Source of the DNA: Azolla caroliniana
Taxonomy: Eukaryota; Plantae; Polypodiophyta
Reading direction: 5' to 3'
Length of the DNA: 64,000 bases
Assembly: GCA_043228905.1 (NCBI GenBank)
Contig: JBHGNT010000017.1
Coordinates: forward strand, 7,378,001 to 7,442,000
Under the pieces are notes generated by a model. It made no database searches and was not told where the DNA came from. It saw only the letters and a program-made list of their open reading frames with translations. Positions 12,413 through 25,700 of the stretch are shown piece by piece. The translations under genes and the position numbers were made by a program. Each line of letters opens with the position of its first letter. Within the stretch, counting starts at the first letter, position 1.

Positions 12413-13585
12413 TGAAAGGAAATGGAGCTCGGCCACAATTCAGTCTGAAACATACAATGGAAGAAAATAGGACAAAATAGAAATAAGATACACACAAGAT
12501 GTTAACGTTGAAAACCCTAATGGGGAAAACCCATGGGAGCCCACAAACTCCAACTATGACTATAGGAAGAGGATACAATGCAAGTCTCAAAGGCAATGAC
12601 CTCGAGCCCTATGTCTTCACAAACCAAAAACTTTCTGTATCTCGCGCTCTTTGTGTGTCTATACAACAATGTCTCTACACACACATCTATATCATATAAG
12701 TGATTGCCATAAGTCATATTTATAAGTTTGTGAAAGTTAATGTGCGGAAGCGTATCACAAATCGGCTTAGCCAGATACCAACAGAACAGAGAGAGAAGAA
12801 GGTTTCACAGAGAATGCACGAAGAGACAAAGAGAGCAGAACATAAAACTCAATTCAAAATGACAATACTCTCTTTACATAGAATGTGCTCAGAGAGCACT
12901 TTTATACAAGTCCATAAAGGACTGATAGAAGTATTGACAGGTACTTCAATGCTCATACGAACGACTGGCACTGACTCCCAAAACTATGCCTGTGTACTAG
13001 GCTAGATCCGTAGGCCTCTAACGGCCTACTTGTTTCAATCCGATCCGGCTCCTGGTTCCGGATTCCATCCGCACACCGATCAGGCTCTCCGTTCTGAATA
13101 TCGATATGGGTCTGGCTTATTCCGCCGATCCGGATCCAGTTGAGCTTGCTCGCTCAACACTTCCCCTCAACCTCAAGTTGTGGTCAGATCGTGGTGTTTG
13201 TGTCTACAGTAGCCGGTCCTTTCCTCCATCTCCTTCTGGCATCCTCCCGCCTTGCTTACGTTGCTCATCTAGTCCGGTTTTGCTTCCCGCGACCTGTCCG
13301 GTTCTGTGCACCTCGACCTCCTTGGTCGGGTTGGTTGCTTAGTAGGCCCATCTCAGGTCCTTCACTGCTATGACTCTAGCGCTTGTCGACCCATCGGTTC
13401 CTCCGTATTGTTACCCGACCAGCAAAAGAGTTAAAGACCAGACTGTGAAAGGGAATGGTTATTCGGAATAGATTATAATTAAGTAGTGAACGGACGGGAC
13501 CGGAATCGGTATGCCGATCCGGATCCGGACCGGTTTCGAACAGGTGCCGGTTGGCACCGTTTTGTACGCAGCACCGGTGACCTAT

Positions 13586-16500
13586 TGTAAAGAATCGGAT
13601 ATGATTCTTGTGAAGCGGAAGAGATGAGAGTTAGGTGTATGTGTAAGAGAGAGAGAGAGAGAGAGAGTGAAACACAGAGAATACGCAAGGTAAGAGTATA
13701 TTGACAAAGGAGAAAGACTCAACTTTATACAATGTGGGAGGAGGGTGCTTTATGTAGTCACCCTCTCTCTTCATTAACTACAAGACTCATGGAACATGGG
13801 GAATGTGAAAGCTCATAAGTTATGTGTCATAGAATATGATTCTATGACTCATACTAAATGCTAGAATACAAAGTGGTGACTTAATGGTGACTCTGGACCG
13901 TTGGAGTGTCTATTCACTCTCAAGGTGAGTTCACACACTAGACCAAGTTGAGCTTGATTCTCAACACGCCCCGTCAAGCTCAAGTCAGGTCGGTTTTAGA
14001 CAGTATCCGAAATCCGCTTCAACTCGCGTTTTGGTGTCCGCGTTGACTCGCGTTGACTTGCTTTATGTGGAGTTGCGGAATCCGTGCTCCAGCTTGCGTT
14101 GTGCGTAGTTGTGAAGTCTGTGCTTCGGTTTGGATCTTTCTTCGCGGCTTTGAGCGGTAGATCGGCTCTTCGCAACTTCGTTGCATGGTTTCGGAATCCA
14201 CACATTATTGTGTAATATGCGGTTGCGGAATCTACGCGTTATTGCGTAGTGTCTTGCATACTCCCCCTCAAGCTTGGTAGGTCATGGATCGTTAATCCGA
14301 GATCGGTCATGAATTGCCATAGCTTGTCGGCTCCTAAAGCCTTAGTGCAGATGTCGGCCGTTTGAAGATTTGTGCTAATGTGTTGTAGGTCGACATTGCC
14401 AACTATAACACGCTCTCGGATGAAGTGATAGTGCACTTCGATGTGCTTTGTGTTGGGAGACAGGTCCCTCCGGATGGGAAGGGAGAAGAACAGTGCCGAC
14501 AAACAAACTCGGCCGATGGTACAGGCCCGATGAGGACCGGATGAGGAGTACCCGGCTACGGAGAGCCGGATGATACAGTCCCGGTGAAGACCGGATGAGG
14601 AGTACCCGGATGAGGAGTACACGGCTACGGAGAGCCGGATGATACAGGCCCGGTGTGAACTGGATGAGTAGTACCCGGCTACGGAGAGCCGGATGATACA
14701 GGCCCGGTGTGAACCGGATGAGGAGTACCCGGCTACGGAGAGCCGGATGATACAGGCCCGGTGTGAACCGGTTGAGTAGTACCTGGCTACGGAGAGCCGG
14801 ATGGTGCAAGCCCGGTGTGAACCGGATGAGGAGTGCCCGGCTACGGAGAGCTGGATGGTGCAGAACCGGAGGAAGAGACATATTCGTAAATATGTTTCTG
14901 AGAGCCCATCGAGGCTATATTTGTAAATAGCCGAAAAGTCATATTAGTATAAATATGACTTAGGGCAAACTTTTAGTTGTTGTTGTCATTTTCTGTTGTA
15001 ACCGCCGCCTGTGGCGAAGATCGTGAGCACGAGGTCGTTGCCTCCGTGGACTCACTGTTTTTGTACATTCTTACATAGTGACAGTTTGCAACCTGTGGAC
15101 TGCCGTGGTTTTCCCCTAGTTTGGGGTTTTCCATGTAAACCTCCAGTGTAGTGTGTGTGTGTGTATCTTCCTCTCCTTTGTGTCGTGTTTTATTTCCCGT
15201 TTTCTGTGTATCATTCTACGCTCGGTTGTGGCCGAGCGTCGCGCATAAGGATCGTTGGGTTCCCGTCACTTTGTCCGCGCGTGGAACACCGGGTTCCGAG
15301 CTAGATAGATATTGGTCATGTTGTCGCAGTAAAGGGAAGTCGGATCCTTGATGGGTATGCCCAGATCCTTCAAAATCCTCTTGAGCCATACGGCTTCACA
15401 CGTAGCTACGACTGCACCCTTGTATTCCGCCTCTAGGATATTGCTCTGCTGCCGAGGGAGAAAACAAATCCGGAGGTTGATCTTCTATCGGATTTGTAGC
15501 CGGCCCAATCAGCATCTGTGTACCCCTCGAGTCGTATTGGCATCGCAATCTTGTAGAGGATGCCGCAATCCATTGTGCCACTCACGTATCGTAGAACTTG
15601 CTTAGCGCAATCCAAGTGAGTATCACGCGGTGTTTGCATGAATTGGCTAAGGAGACCGACCGGATAACTGAGATCAAGTCTTGTGATTGTGAGGCAGATG
15701 AGACTCCCGATGAGTTGCCGATATTGAGTCGGCTCACACGCTTTGGTGCCGGAGTGCGCATCTAGTTTGAGATTACGATCGAGCGGGGTTGCCACGGATT
15801 TGCACTTAGCCATCCCGAATTTGTATAACAAGTTGAGGATGTAGTGCCGTTGAGAGATCATGATTCCGGCCGGAGTCCGAATTACCTCGATGCCAAGGAA
15901 GTAGTGGAGCTCCTTCATGTCCGTCATCTCGAACTTGTCGGAAAGGAGGGATTTGACTTTATTGATTTCAACGAGATGCTCACCTCCAATGACTAGGTCA
16001 TCCACATGTAAGATGATGACAATCGAACTTGCGGAATTGCTTCGTATGTAGAGGGAGTTGTCCGATTTGGACATACGGAAGCCGATTTGATGAAGATATT
16101 GCGTTATCTTCGAACGCCAAGCACGCGGTGCTTGCTTGAGGCCGTTGAGTGGCTTCTTGAGTCGGCAAACAGCTTTCGGATGGGTGCTCGAGTTGAAGCC
16201 GGGTGGTTGGATCATGTACACCTCCATCAAATGGATGTCATGAACGCCTTTCTATTCACAAGAATCATATCCGATTCTTTACATGGTATCAGAGCGGAAG
16301 AGATGTGAGTTAGGTGTGTGTGTAAGAGAGAGAGAGAGAGAGAGAGTGAGTAAGTGAAACACAGAGAATATGCAAGGTAAGAGTATATTGACAAAGGAGA
16401 AAGACTCAACTTTATACAATGTGGGAGGAGGGTGCTTTATGTAGTCACCCTCTCTCTTCATTAACTACAAGACTCATGGAGCATGGGGAATGTGAAAGCT

Positions 16501-16653
16501 CATAAGTTATGTGTCATAGAATATGATTCTATGACTCATACTAAATGCTAGAATACAAAGTGGTGACTTAATGGTGACTCTTGACCGTTGGAGTGTCTAT
16601 TCCCTCTCAAGGTGAGTTCACACACTAGATCAAGTTGAGCTTCATTCTCAACA
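13586..16653 (-). mobile_element. Internally deleted Ty1/copia element B2 (RT and RNase H only)
   Basis: LTRs 13586-13966 and about 16290-16653; perfect TSD CCTAT; RT ORF 15433-16230 ([24 protein letters not shown]); same family as B at 45871-50679. Confidence 0.93.
14451..15268 (+). mobile_element. Solo LTR of family H with a 54-bp tandem array (about 6 units), inserted in B2 RNase H
   Basis: TGTTGGG...CCGTCA ends; perfect TSD CTTTG; homologous to 45166-45820 in the opposite orientation. Confidence 0.9.
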
Positions 16654-19030
16654 CCTATATAAAGGCTCAGTTACAATGTAAAACTTTGATGGACAATTAA
16701 TATAAGCTTCTTGTTTTATCTTCACGTATTGATTATCGTTCTGTATTAATTGTTATATCTTACGCGTGTATTAAGTTAATGCCATATTGCTAAGTAGCCA
16801 ATTAAGTCTGATTAATTGTTTTGTCTTAAGTTATCTCGCCGTAACACCCCTTTGGTGAAGTGTTTTCCGTAGACACCCTGTGTTAGGCCATTGTTCGGCC
16901 CTAAGGATTAACACGTATCGGTGTCGACTTCCGCTGCCTTCTCGTCCACTTGGCCTTTAGTTGATCTGGCTCCTCTGAATCAAATTGTTGAACCGAATCG
17001 GCTTCCTCTGATTCATTCAATCTCTTGTCAGAATCGGTTTCCTCCTATTCGTTCTGACTCTTGTCTGAGTTGGTAGTCTCGACCTCGTCTTCCGTTTTCA
17101 GGCCCTTCACCACATTGGACCACGTCCGGGTCTTGGTCTTCTTCCGGTTGACTCTGTCCTTCTTGACTCTACCGCCGCTGCCGCTTGCTCCAACTTGTTT
17201 GAATGTCTTGACTCCTTTGGTTGGCTTGACTTCCTTTTTCTGCTCATCTCCCCCCTTTTTTCTTTCTTCCTCTCCGGCTCCTTGTCTGGTGCCATCCGTT
17301 CTCCCCTTCAAGTGTGACAAGTCGAGATGCTATAGACCAAGCATCTCCAAAAAGTGTTGCAACTTGTCTGATCCAAGTGGGTTGGTGAAGATGTTAGCAA
17401 CTTGCCGATCCATATGAACATACCGAAGCTCAACTTTACCACTCAGAACCCACTCACGCACAAAGTGATAGTGCACTTCTATGTGCTTTTATTGAGCATG
17501 GAAGACGGGGTTCTTGGCGAGCTGTATGCTGCTTACGTTGTCGCAGTAGATTAGGATCAACGTTGGTACCTAGATCCGAAGGTCTCGCAATAGTCCGCGA
17601 AGCCAGATGGCTTCACAAGTGGCAATGGTAGCACCCCGGTATTCAGCCTCAATGCTTGATAGGACCACTGTTGGCTGCTTTTTTCTGCTCCATGCAACAG
17701 CCGCGTTACGAAGAGAAAACATGTGATCGGAGGTGGATCGGCGATCCGATGCATCACCAACCCAATCGACATTGGTATATCCGACTAGCTTCTGAGCTAT
17801 ATCGTGTTAGTATAACAGTCCCCGGTCCTTCATGCCACTCACATATCGCAATAGTCTATGCGCGCACTGAAGGTGCTCCACGGTCGACTTTTACATAAAC
17901 TAGCTCATCACTCTCACCGGATAACTGATGTCGGTCGGGTGATTGTGAAGTAGATAAGGCTTCCAACAATTTGTTGGAACCGTTTCTCATTGCAAGCCAG
18001 TCTGGAGTGGGGACATAGCTTCAGGTTCCAGTCTAGGGGTGTGGAGATTGGTCGACATTCCATCATGCCAAACTTGTACAACATATTCAACACATAATGG
18101 TGTTGTGAGAGCAATATGCCATCGGGGGTCCGGATCACCTCGATTCCAAGAAAATAATGAAGGTCCCCTAGGTCCTTCATTTCAAAAACATCTGATAACT
18201 GGGACTTCACACGACCGATTTCATCTAGTCCGGGTCCGGTGATGACTAGATCATCTACATATAGTAGGATACAAACCGGACCGTCGAGACCTTTCTAGAT
18301 GAATAGTGAAGAGTCGGACTTTGAGGCCACAAACCCCATCTTATGCAACCGGTGCGTGATTTCCGCATTCCAAGCTCGGGGGGCTAGCGTCAGACCATAA
18401 AGTGACTTTTTGAGTCAGTAGACCATCGACCTATTCAGCTCCTAATGAAAACCAGGGGGTTGGATCATATAGACCCATTCTTCAAGCTCACCTTGAAGAA
18501 ACACCATCCCCTTGCCACAGAAACAGCCAATACAACACATACCATCGTCGTCTTCGCTATCGGAGTGAAGGTCTCATCGTAGTCGATTCCGTGGATCTGT
18601 GCGTATCCCTTCGCCACCAACCAGGCCTTGTACCGATTGACCGAACCGTCGCCATTGTACTTTACCTTGTACACCGACTTGCAGCCAATCGGTTTACATT
18701 GTCGGGGAGGGTTGACCAGGTCCCAAGTGTCGTTGGCATCGAGTGCTCGCATTTCTTCTTCCATAGGAGCATGCTAATTTGCCTCTTTCGCTACTTTTGC
18801 GTAGCTCTCTGGCTCACGCACTTCCGCCACCTTGGTCATGTACACATAATGATGCACTATGTACTCATTGTATCCATACCGTGTTACGGGGTTCTTTTGG
18901 CGGGTTGACCGGCGCAATTTTCCGTTAGCCGATTTGAGACCCTTCTTGGCCGGTTCGAACTTCGTTTCCGAAGATCCGACCTCGTTCAGTCCGGAGTCAA
19001 AATCACTCCGATCTGACTCTTCGCTGCCGG

Positions 19031-19495
19031 TGTTACTGTACGAGATGTACGGGTGATTGATAAGTGAGGGTGAAAGATGTAATATATGTGTAATCTTATA
19101 CGATTATGAGTGTGAGTGTGGTGGATACAAAGAGGTGTGAGTGAGTGACTAGGTGTGAATGACCAAGGGGCTTGCACCCTTGTGTATCTACCCTTTTGTA
19201 CCTATTTAACCCTTTATGGGGAATGAATAAATGAATAACCATTTCTCTCTCAATCTCTCTCTCTCTCTTGTCATCTCTTTCTCCCCCTCTCTCTTCCCTT
19301 TAACGTTGAACCCCTTGGGAGGGGGGTGGAGCCATTCTAGGCACCACCCCACACCCTGCAATGCTTCTCTACATGACCTCTGTCACCATCGTACTCTCCA
19401 TCACCATGTCTATCTTCGTTAATCTACCATGATTGTTAACCCTATTCCTATCTTTATCATTATCATCATTAACCCTAACCCTAAAACGTATAACA
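19031..19495 (+). mobile_element. Solo LTR of family K in E pol
   Basis: TGTTA...TAACA ends; TSD GCCGG/ACCGG; TATA-like, AATAAA and (CT)n tracts; homologous to 57919-58468 and partly to the C LTRs. Confidence 0.85.
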
Positions 19496-22400
19496 ACCGG
19501 TGTCGTATTCTGGCATCTTCTTCTTCTCCTTCTCTATGCGCGAACCGTCTCCTCGGCTCCTTGCATGGGAAGAGCACAACAGAGTCTCCACTACTCTCCG
19601 GTTCTTCATCCGACTAGTCATTCCGACTCAGCCGCTCATTCGGGCCATTTAATTGGAATGAGATCAGACTCTCATCTAGAGTATCAAATTCTTCATCTTC
19701 TACCTGAACCTCTCCGGGTTCGCTAGCCTCATCCTCCGAAATCGGGTCTTTGTCGGGAGTTGGAGTTGGTAAAGAGTACCATGATGCCGACTCATCAAAC
19801 TCGACATCTCGACTTACTCATACCTGTTTAGTTCGAGGGTTATAACACTTATACCCCTTCTGTTCATGCGAGTAGTTGACGAGTATATACTTCTCCGACT
19901 TCAGATCCAACTTTCTCCACTTCTCATCCAGTACATGCACATATGCTATGTTACCGAATATCCGCAGGTGTCTCAAATTCGGCTTCCGCTCGAAATATAG
20001 CTCATATGCTGACACCTTATCTCCGATCCAGTTTTGGATGTAGACGATCGTCCTAACCGCCTTAGCCCAGTAGAAGTTGGGCATGCTTTTCTCCTCTAGC
20101 ATTGCCCTTGATGTGTCGACAATCAACCAGTTCTTTCTCTCAGCCACACTGTTTTGTCCTGGTGTGTATCGGAAGCTGAATTCTCTCCGAATTCCTTTTT
20201 GCTGCAGATAACTGTTGAATTTGCCGGAAAAGTATCCTTTTCTGCCATCCGACCGCAGGCACTTGATCTTTCTTTCTGTTTCCCTCTTGACTAGGCTTTG
20301 TAGATTCTGGAAACAGTCGAAGTCTTCACTTTTCCTCAATGAGGTAGATCCATGTGTGCCGGTTGTAGTTGTCGATGAAGGAGACGAAATGCCGACTCCC
20401 GCCAAGACTAACGTTCTGTGCCGGTCCCCATACATTCGAATGGATTAAGTTGAGCTTGTTACGGATCCGGTTTCGTTCGATGGGGAATGGAGGCCGATGT
20501 TGCTTCCCAAGTTGGCAGGCTAAACATATTTGGGCCTTCTGACCACTGAATTTCGGCAACCCGAGAACAACCTATTTCGATTGCAGGTCATGAAGCCTCC
20601 GGTAGTTTACGTGGCCTATCCGCTTGTGCCAGAGATAGATGCCCGATTCAATCTTCTGTCCTTGGCAAACAGGGTAGTGCCAACGTCGTTGGTGTCAAGG
20701 ATGAACATCCTCCCATCTCTGCGTCCTTGCGCAATTATCCGACCTTCTTCCTCGATGAAGCACCTGAGGTGCGTAAACCGCACCTGCATTCCTTGGTTGA
20801 CGATTTGTCCGACCGACACCAGGTTCTTTGTGATTGTCGGAACGTGTAGTACGTTCATCAACTTTCTCTTTTGTCAAACATAGCTTAAGGGGACTTCTCC
20901 AACATGCACAATCGGGTGAGGGGTGTCGTCTTCGGTTTCGAAGATTCCCAGTTGTTCCGGTTTCTCCAAAAACGAGAACCACTCTTCGTGGCTCGTCATG
21001 TGGTTTGATGCTCCGGAATCAACATATCATACTTCCTCCAATTTGGAAGTAGTCTTCTTCATCGGGTTAGCCTTGTGCTTCATCACAAAGGTTGGCCCCT
21101 TTCCGGTTTTCCCGGTTCCGGATCCTTCCGATCCATCTACGTAGTATGAGCTTTACTAGTTTCCCTGTCCGGCCTTGCCGGATCCAAATTTGTCCGAATC
21201 GGTGAGCTTCTTCCAGATCTCGCTTTCTCTATGGCCTTTCTTGCCACAATACCAACATTCTGTATCGGCCTTCCCTTGCCCGTTTCTAGCACCGTTTTGA
21301 CTCCCCCTACTCATGGAGGGTCACAAATATCCTTCATTTTGGTGGTGTACTCTGTAATCGACATATCTCTTTGCCAAATGTTGTTCAGCTCTTGCCGGAG
21401 TTGCAACTTACGGGTTGTGGTACTTGTGGAGAAAATCTTCTGAAGATTTTCCCAGGCCTCCTTCGGCGTTTTTGCATCCTTGATGTAACCGAGCATCTGC
21501 TCGTGTGCATAGAATGCGAGGAAAGTCAACACTCTGCTCACTCCTTGTTCCCATGTCGGGAAGTCCTTGTGTGCCGGCTCCGGTGCTACATTGTTCGTTT
21601 GTTCCACATAGCTCCAGTAACAATGCCGTAGTAGGTACTAGTGCATTCTATATGACTAGGATGCACAATTGCTCCAATCGAGCTTTCTTGTGGGAAGTGA
21701 ACTTGCCATACCTCTGTCCATCTCGGTTCTCTTCTGTTCTTGACAGGGTGTTAGGGTTTGTCTTCGGAAGTGTTTGTCGACTGTAGAGATTCTCGACCCT
21801 CGTGCTCTGATACCATGTGAAAGTTAATATGTGGAAGTGTATGAGAGATCGGCTCAGCTGGATACCAACAAAACGTAGAGAGAAGAAGGTTTAACAGAGA
21901 ATGCATGGGAGAGACAGAGAGAGCAGAACATAAAACTCAATTTAAAATGATAATACTCTATTTACATAGAATGTGCTCAGAGAGCACTTTTATACAAGTC
22001 CATAAAGGACTAACAGAAGTACTGACAGGTACTTCAATTCTCATACGAGCGACTAGCACTAACTCCCAAAACTATGCCTACGTACTAGCCTAGATCTCTA
22101 GGCCACTAACGGCCTGCCGGTTTCAATTCGATACAGCTCTCCGATCCGGCTCCTGGTTTTGGATACCATCCGGACACCAATCCGGCTCTCCGTACTGGAT
22201 ACCGATCTGGCTCTGGCTTATTCAGCTGATCTAGATCCGGTTGAGCTTGCTCACTCAACAATACTTATATGAATGGAGGACTATTTACAAATATGGCCAT
22301 GATAGGCACTCTAGAAACATATTTACAAATATGTCCCTGGATCCAATTCACACCGGATACCTTCAGATCCGTCCGGTCCGGTTCCTTCGGCTCGTCCGTC

Positions 22401-22781
22401 ATCCGGATCCCATCCAGAGGGACCGAATTCCCAACAAACTCCCCCTTCACTCCGGCATGGGATGTCTTGTTAATCTGATCCGTCTCTTGCACATGTCATC
22501 CAGTTTGTCGACTGACAACACCTTGGTTAGCATGTCCGACCCATTCTCCTTCATATGGATCTTCGTTAGCAAGAACTCTTTATCTTCTACCTTCTCCCGG
22601 AACCAATGATATCTTCTCTGGATGTGTTTGGTCCGAGAATGGTTGGTTGCGTTCTTCGCAAGGTGGATGACACTTTGACTGTCGCAGTGGAGCCGAAATT
22701 CCTCTTGTCAGATCCCTAACTCTCCGATTAAGTCCTTCATCCAGATTACCTCCTTACCAGCTTCTACAGCCGCCATGTACT

Positions 22782-25700
22782 TGTTGGCATAAAAGGCTGA
22801 CTCCGTCCAAGTGTGAACTCGACAATAAGTTAGGGCTTAGTATATAAGCGAATACCTAACATTGTAATGAGTGACGAAAAAAAGACGATTGTAATCTCTG
22901 AGAGAAAAAAACGCGTTGTGCAGAAATAAGAAGCTTTTCATTAAAGCTTGCAACTGTGTAAGTCTAAATCTGCCTTCTCTATCTTCTGTGTGTATGTTGT
23001 TTGTTGTTCATAGCCGTAGGATCCGAACACACACTTCTGCATAATTGTCGACATTAACCAACAATTGGTATCGGAGCTGTGTTCTGCTGTGTGGCGGCAA
23101 CAAATAACAGAAGAAGAAGCTGAAAGAAAAGACCAATTCAAAAACATCAAATCCACAGAAAGAATATGGCTTCAACATCCAGAATAGGAGTTGAAATTAG
23201 AAAGTTCGATGGCAAAAACTTTGCCCTTTGGAAAGAGATGATGCAGGATGTGCTGATTATCCGAAGACAGGTCGAAGCCATTCGGCATAACGAAAAGCCT
23301 ACTTCGATGATAGCAGAAGAGTGAAGATCAATGGATGAAATAGCACGCTCCACCATCCGAATGCATCTGGCTGAAAATGGCTATTTCAACATGGCAAAAG
23401 AGACGACAACGTTCTCATTGTGGGAGAAATTACAGGCCGTATATGCGAAGAAGTCTTCATCTTAAAAACTTATCTTGATGAAACAATTGTTCAACATAAA
23501 GATGAAAGAGACCGATCTGGCAACCTCCCACATCAACACCTTCAGTCGGGTGTTGTTAGAACTCTCGTGCCAAGGGATCAACTTCGAGGAAGAAGTGAAA
23601 GCCCTTGCCCTCCTATCGAGCTTGTAGGTGAGTTGGAAGGTATTCTGTACGACATACGCCAATAACTGACCGATCCTGAATTTGGAGGAAATAACCGGCC
23701 AAGTCCTCACAAAGGACATTAGGCGAAAATTGATGGGACTATCCATCGATGAGTCGGCAGAAGCCCACCACTCGACCGAAAGACCAAGCCGACATAACCG
23801 ATCGACGATGTAGTCGATCAAGAACGAGGGGAGACCGACATCGGTCGAAGTCGAAAATGGGCCGAACAAGCGAGTACTGCACAAACTGTAGGAAAGCTAG
23901 CTAGAATATTTCCGATTGCTGATCGATAAAAAGAAAAGAGACTGGTCAATGATCCGAACGGAATTGGGGACGTTCCGACTCGGACCACTCTCCAGTCGGC
24001 AACCAGATCAATGTTGCCGACACCCGATCTGGAGAAATCCTCTCCCTAGAGTACTTGATGATCGGAGAAGTCCTCTACAGTGCACAAGTTGCACATACAT
24101 GGTTACTGGACTCCGGTGCCACATTTCACGTGACCCCAAGTATCGAATGGTTCTCGAACTATTCACCTCACGCCAGTGGCATAGTCCGACTAGGAAATGG
24201 GTAGGAGTGCAAGATTGCAGGAACTGGAGAAGTTCCCATCAGATTGCCAAACGGAAACACAATAACCCTGCACCAAGTTCAGCACGTACCCGATCTGAAG
24301 AGGCTTCTGGTCTCCATCGACATGTTAGCCGAAGACCGGTACAGAACGACTCTACATGAGTCGACACGGGTGATCAGCCGGGGAAACCTAAACATCGGGA
24401 GTGGGTATAAGTACAAAAATCTTTACCCATTGATGGCGATCAACCCAAAGATGAAGCACTCAAGGTCTTCACTCGATGGATATCTGAAGTGGAGAATCGG
24501 TCGGGACACAAAGTGAAGACACTCCGATCCGACAACGGAGGTGAGTACACCTCCAAATCCTTCAAACAGTACCTGTCCGAAAAAGGGATCCACCATCCAA
24601 AGATTGTTCCTTACACACCCATGCAAAATGGGGTGGCTGAACGGATCAACCGAAAAATCCAGGAGAGGGTGAAGGCAATGCTCCATCAAGCTGGACTGAG
24701 CCGGACTGAAGGTGGAATTTTGGGCCGAGTGTACCTGATAAATCTGGCGCCGTCAAGAGAAATCAAGCTCGAAGTGCCACATGCACTATGGTAAGGAAAA
24801 CAACCGACTTACAATAGGCTCCGTATATTCGGATGCGAAGCCTATGCGTTCATCCCTAAGGAGAAAAGGACGAAGCTGACACCCCATGCAACGAAGTGCA
24901 TATTTCTCGGTTATGGAACCAATGGAGATTTCGGCTACAGGCTATGGGGGGAAATTAATCCGGAGCAGTGACGTGTTGTGGAACCGAATAATACGGCACC
25001 CAGGAGATCTGGATGACCTCGAAGGCAAATAGAGTTTTATCAACCGGGCCTTCACTACGTCAACTACACGGATACAAGTGAACCAAGCACGTATGAAGAA
25101 GCTATGGCCGCACCGGATGCCGAAACATGGCTACAAGCCATGAAATCCGAAATAGACTCGATTCATCAGAATCAGACATGGGAGTTGGTCGAACTACCAG
25201 TAGGAAGAAAGCTGAGACCTTGCAAATGGGTATTCCGATACAAATATGTATCCGACTTAGAGAAACCCAAGTACAAAGTTGGACTTGTCACGAAAGGATT
25301 CAAACAAGAATATGGGGTCGACTACGATGAGATATTCTTACTAGTAGTCAAGATGACCACCCTCAGACTCCTACTAGGAGTCGTAGCGACAAAAGACCAA
25401 GAGCTCGAGCAGATGGACGTAAAGACGGCATTCCTACATGGAGATCTGGAAGAAGACATATACATGTCTCAACCGGCAGGCTTCACGACAATGGGGGAGG
25501 ACAATCACCTCATATGTCGACTAAAGAAAAGTCTATATGGCCTAAAACAAGCGCCAAGAATGTGGTACCAAAAGTTTGACTCCTACATACGGAAGCTTGG
25601 ATACAACAAATCAAACTCCGACCCATGCATGTATGTTCGGCAATTGGCCGATGAGTCCAGGATCTATCTGATCCTTTATGTCGAAGACATGCTGATTGCA

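Larger units (their letters stand above)
13409..16913. mobile_element. Solo LTR J (about 432 bp net) in the 3' region of E, split by copia B2
   Basis: TGTTA...TTAACA ends with perfect TSD CGTAT (13404-13408 and 16914-16918); CCTATATAAAGG box at the B2 insertion point. Confidence 0.75.
12729..22260 (-). mobile_element. Ty1/copia element E inserted in the 3' LTR of D
   Basis: LTRs 12729-13159 and 21816-22260 (TGTGAAAG...TCAACA); PBS TGGTATCAGAGC at 21804-21815; degenerate gag, PR, INT (LRSDG, YTPGQNSVAERKN), RT (YAQIHGIDYDETF, MKDLGDLHYFLGIE) and RNase H at 17045-21720. TSD is degraded. Confidence 0.92.

Noticed and set aside
14375-14881. 168-aa ORF with 18-aa repeats
   Set aside because: It is the translation of the 54-bp tandem array inside solo LTR H.
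16841-16846. GTAACA as the right end of LTR J
   Set aside because: No TSD there; TTAACA at 16913 gives the perfect CGTAT duplication.
17045-17417. env-like ORF in copia E
   Set aside because: No convincing transmembrane or signal features; it is short and contiguous with pol.
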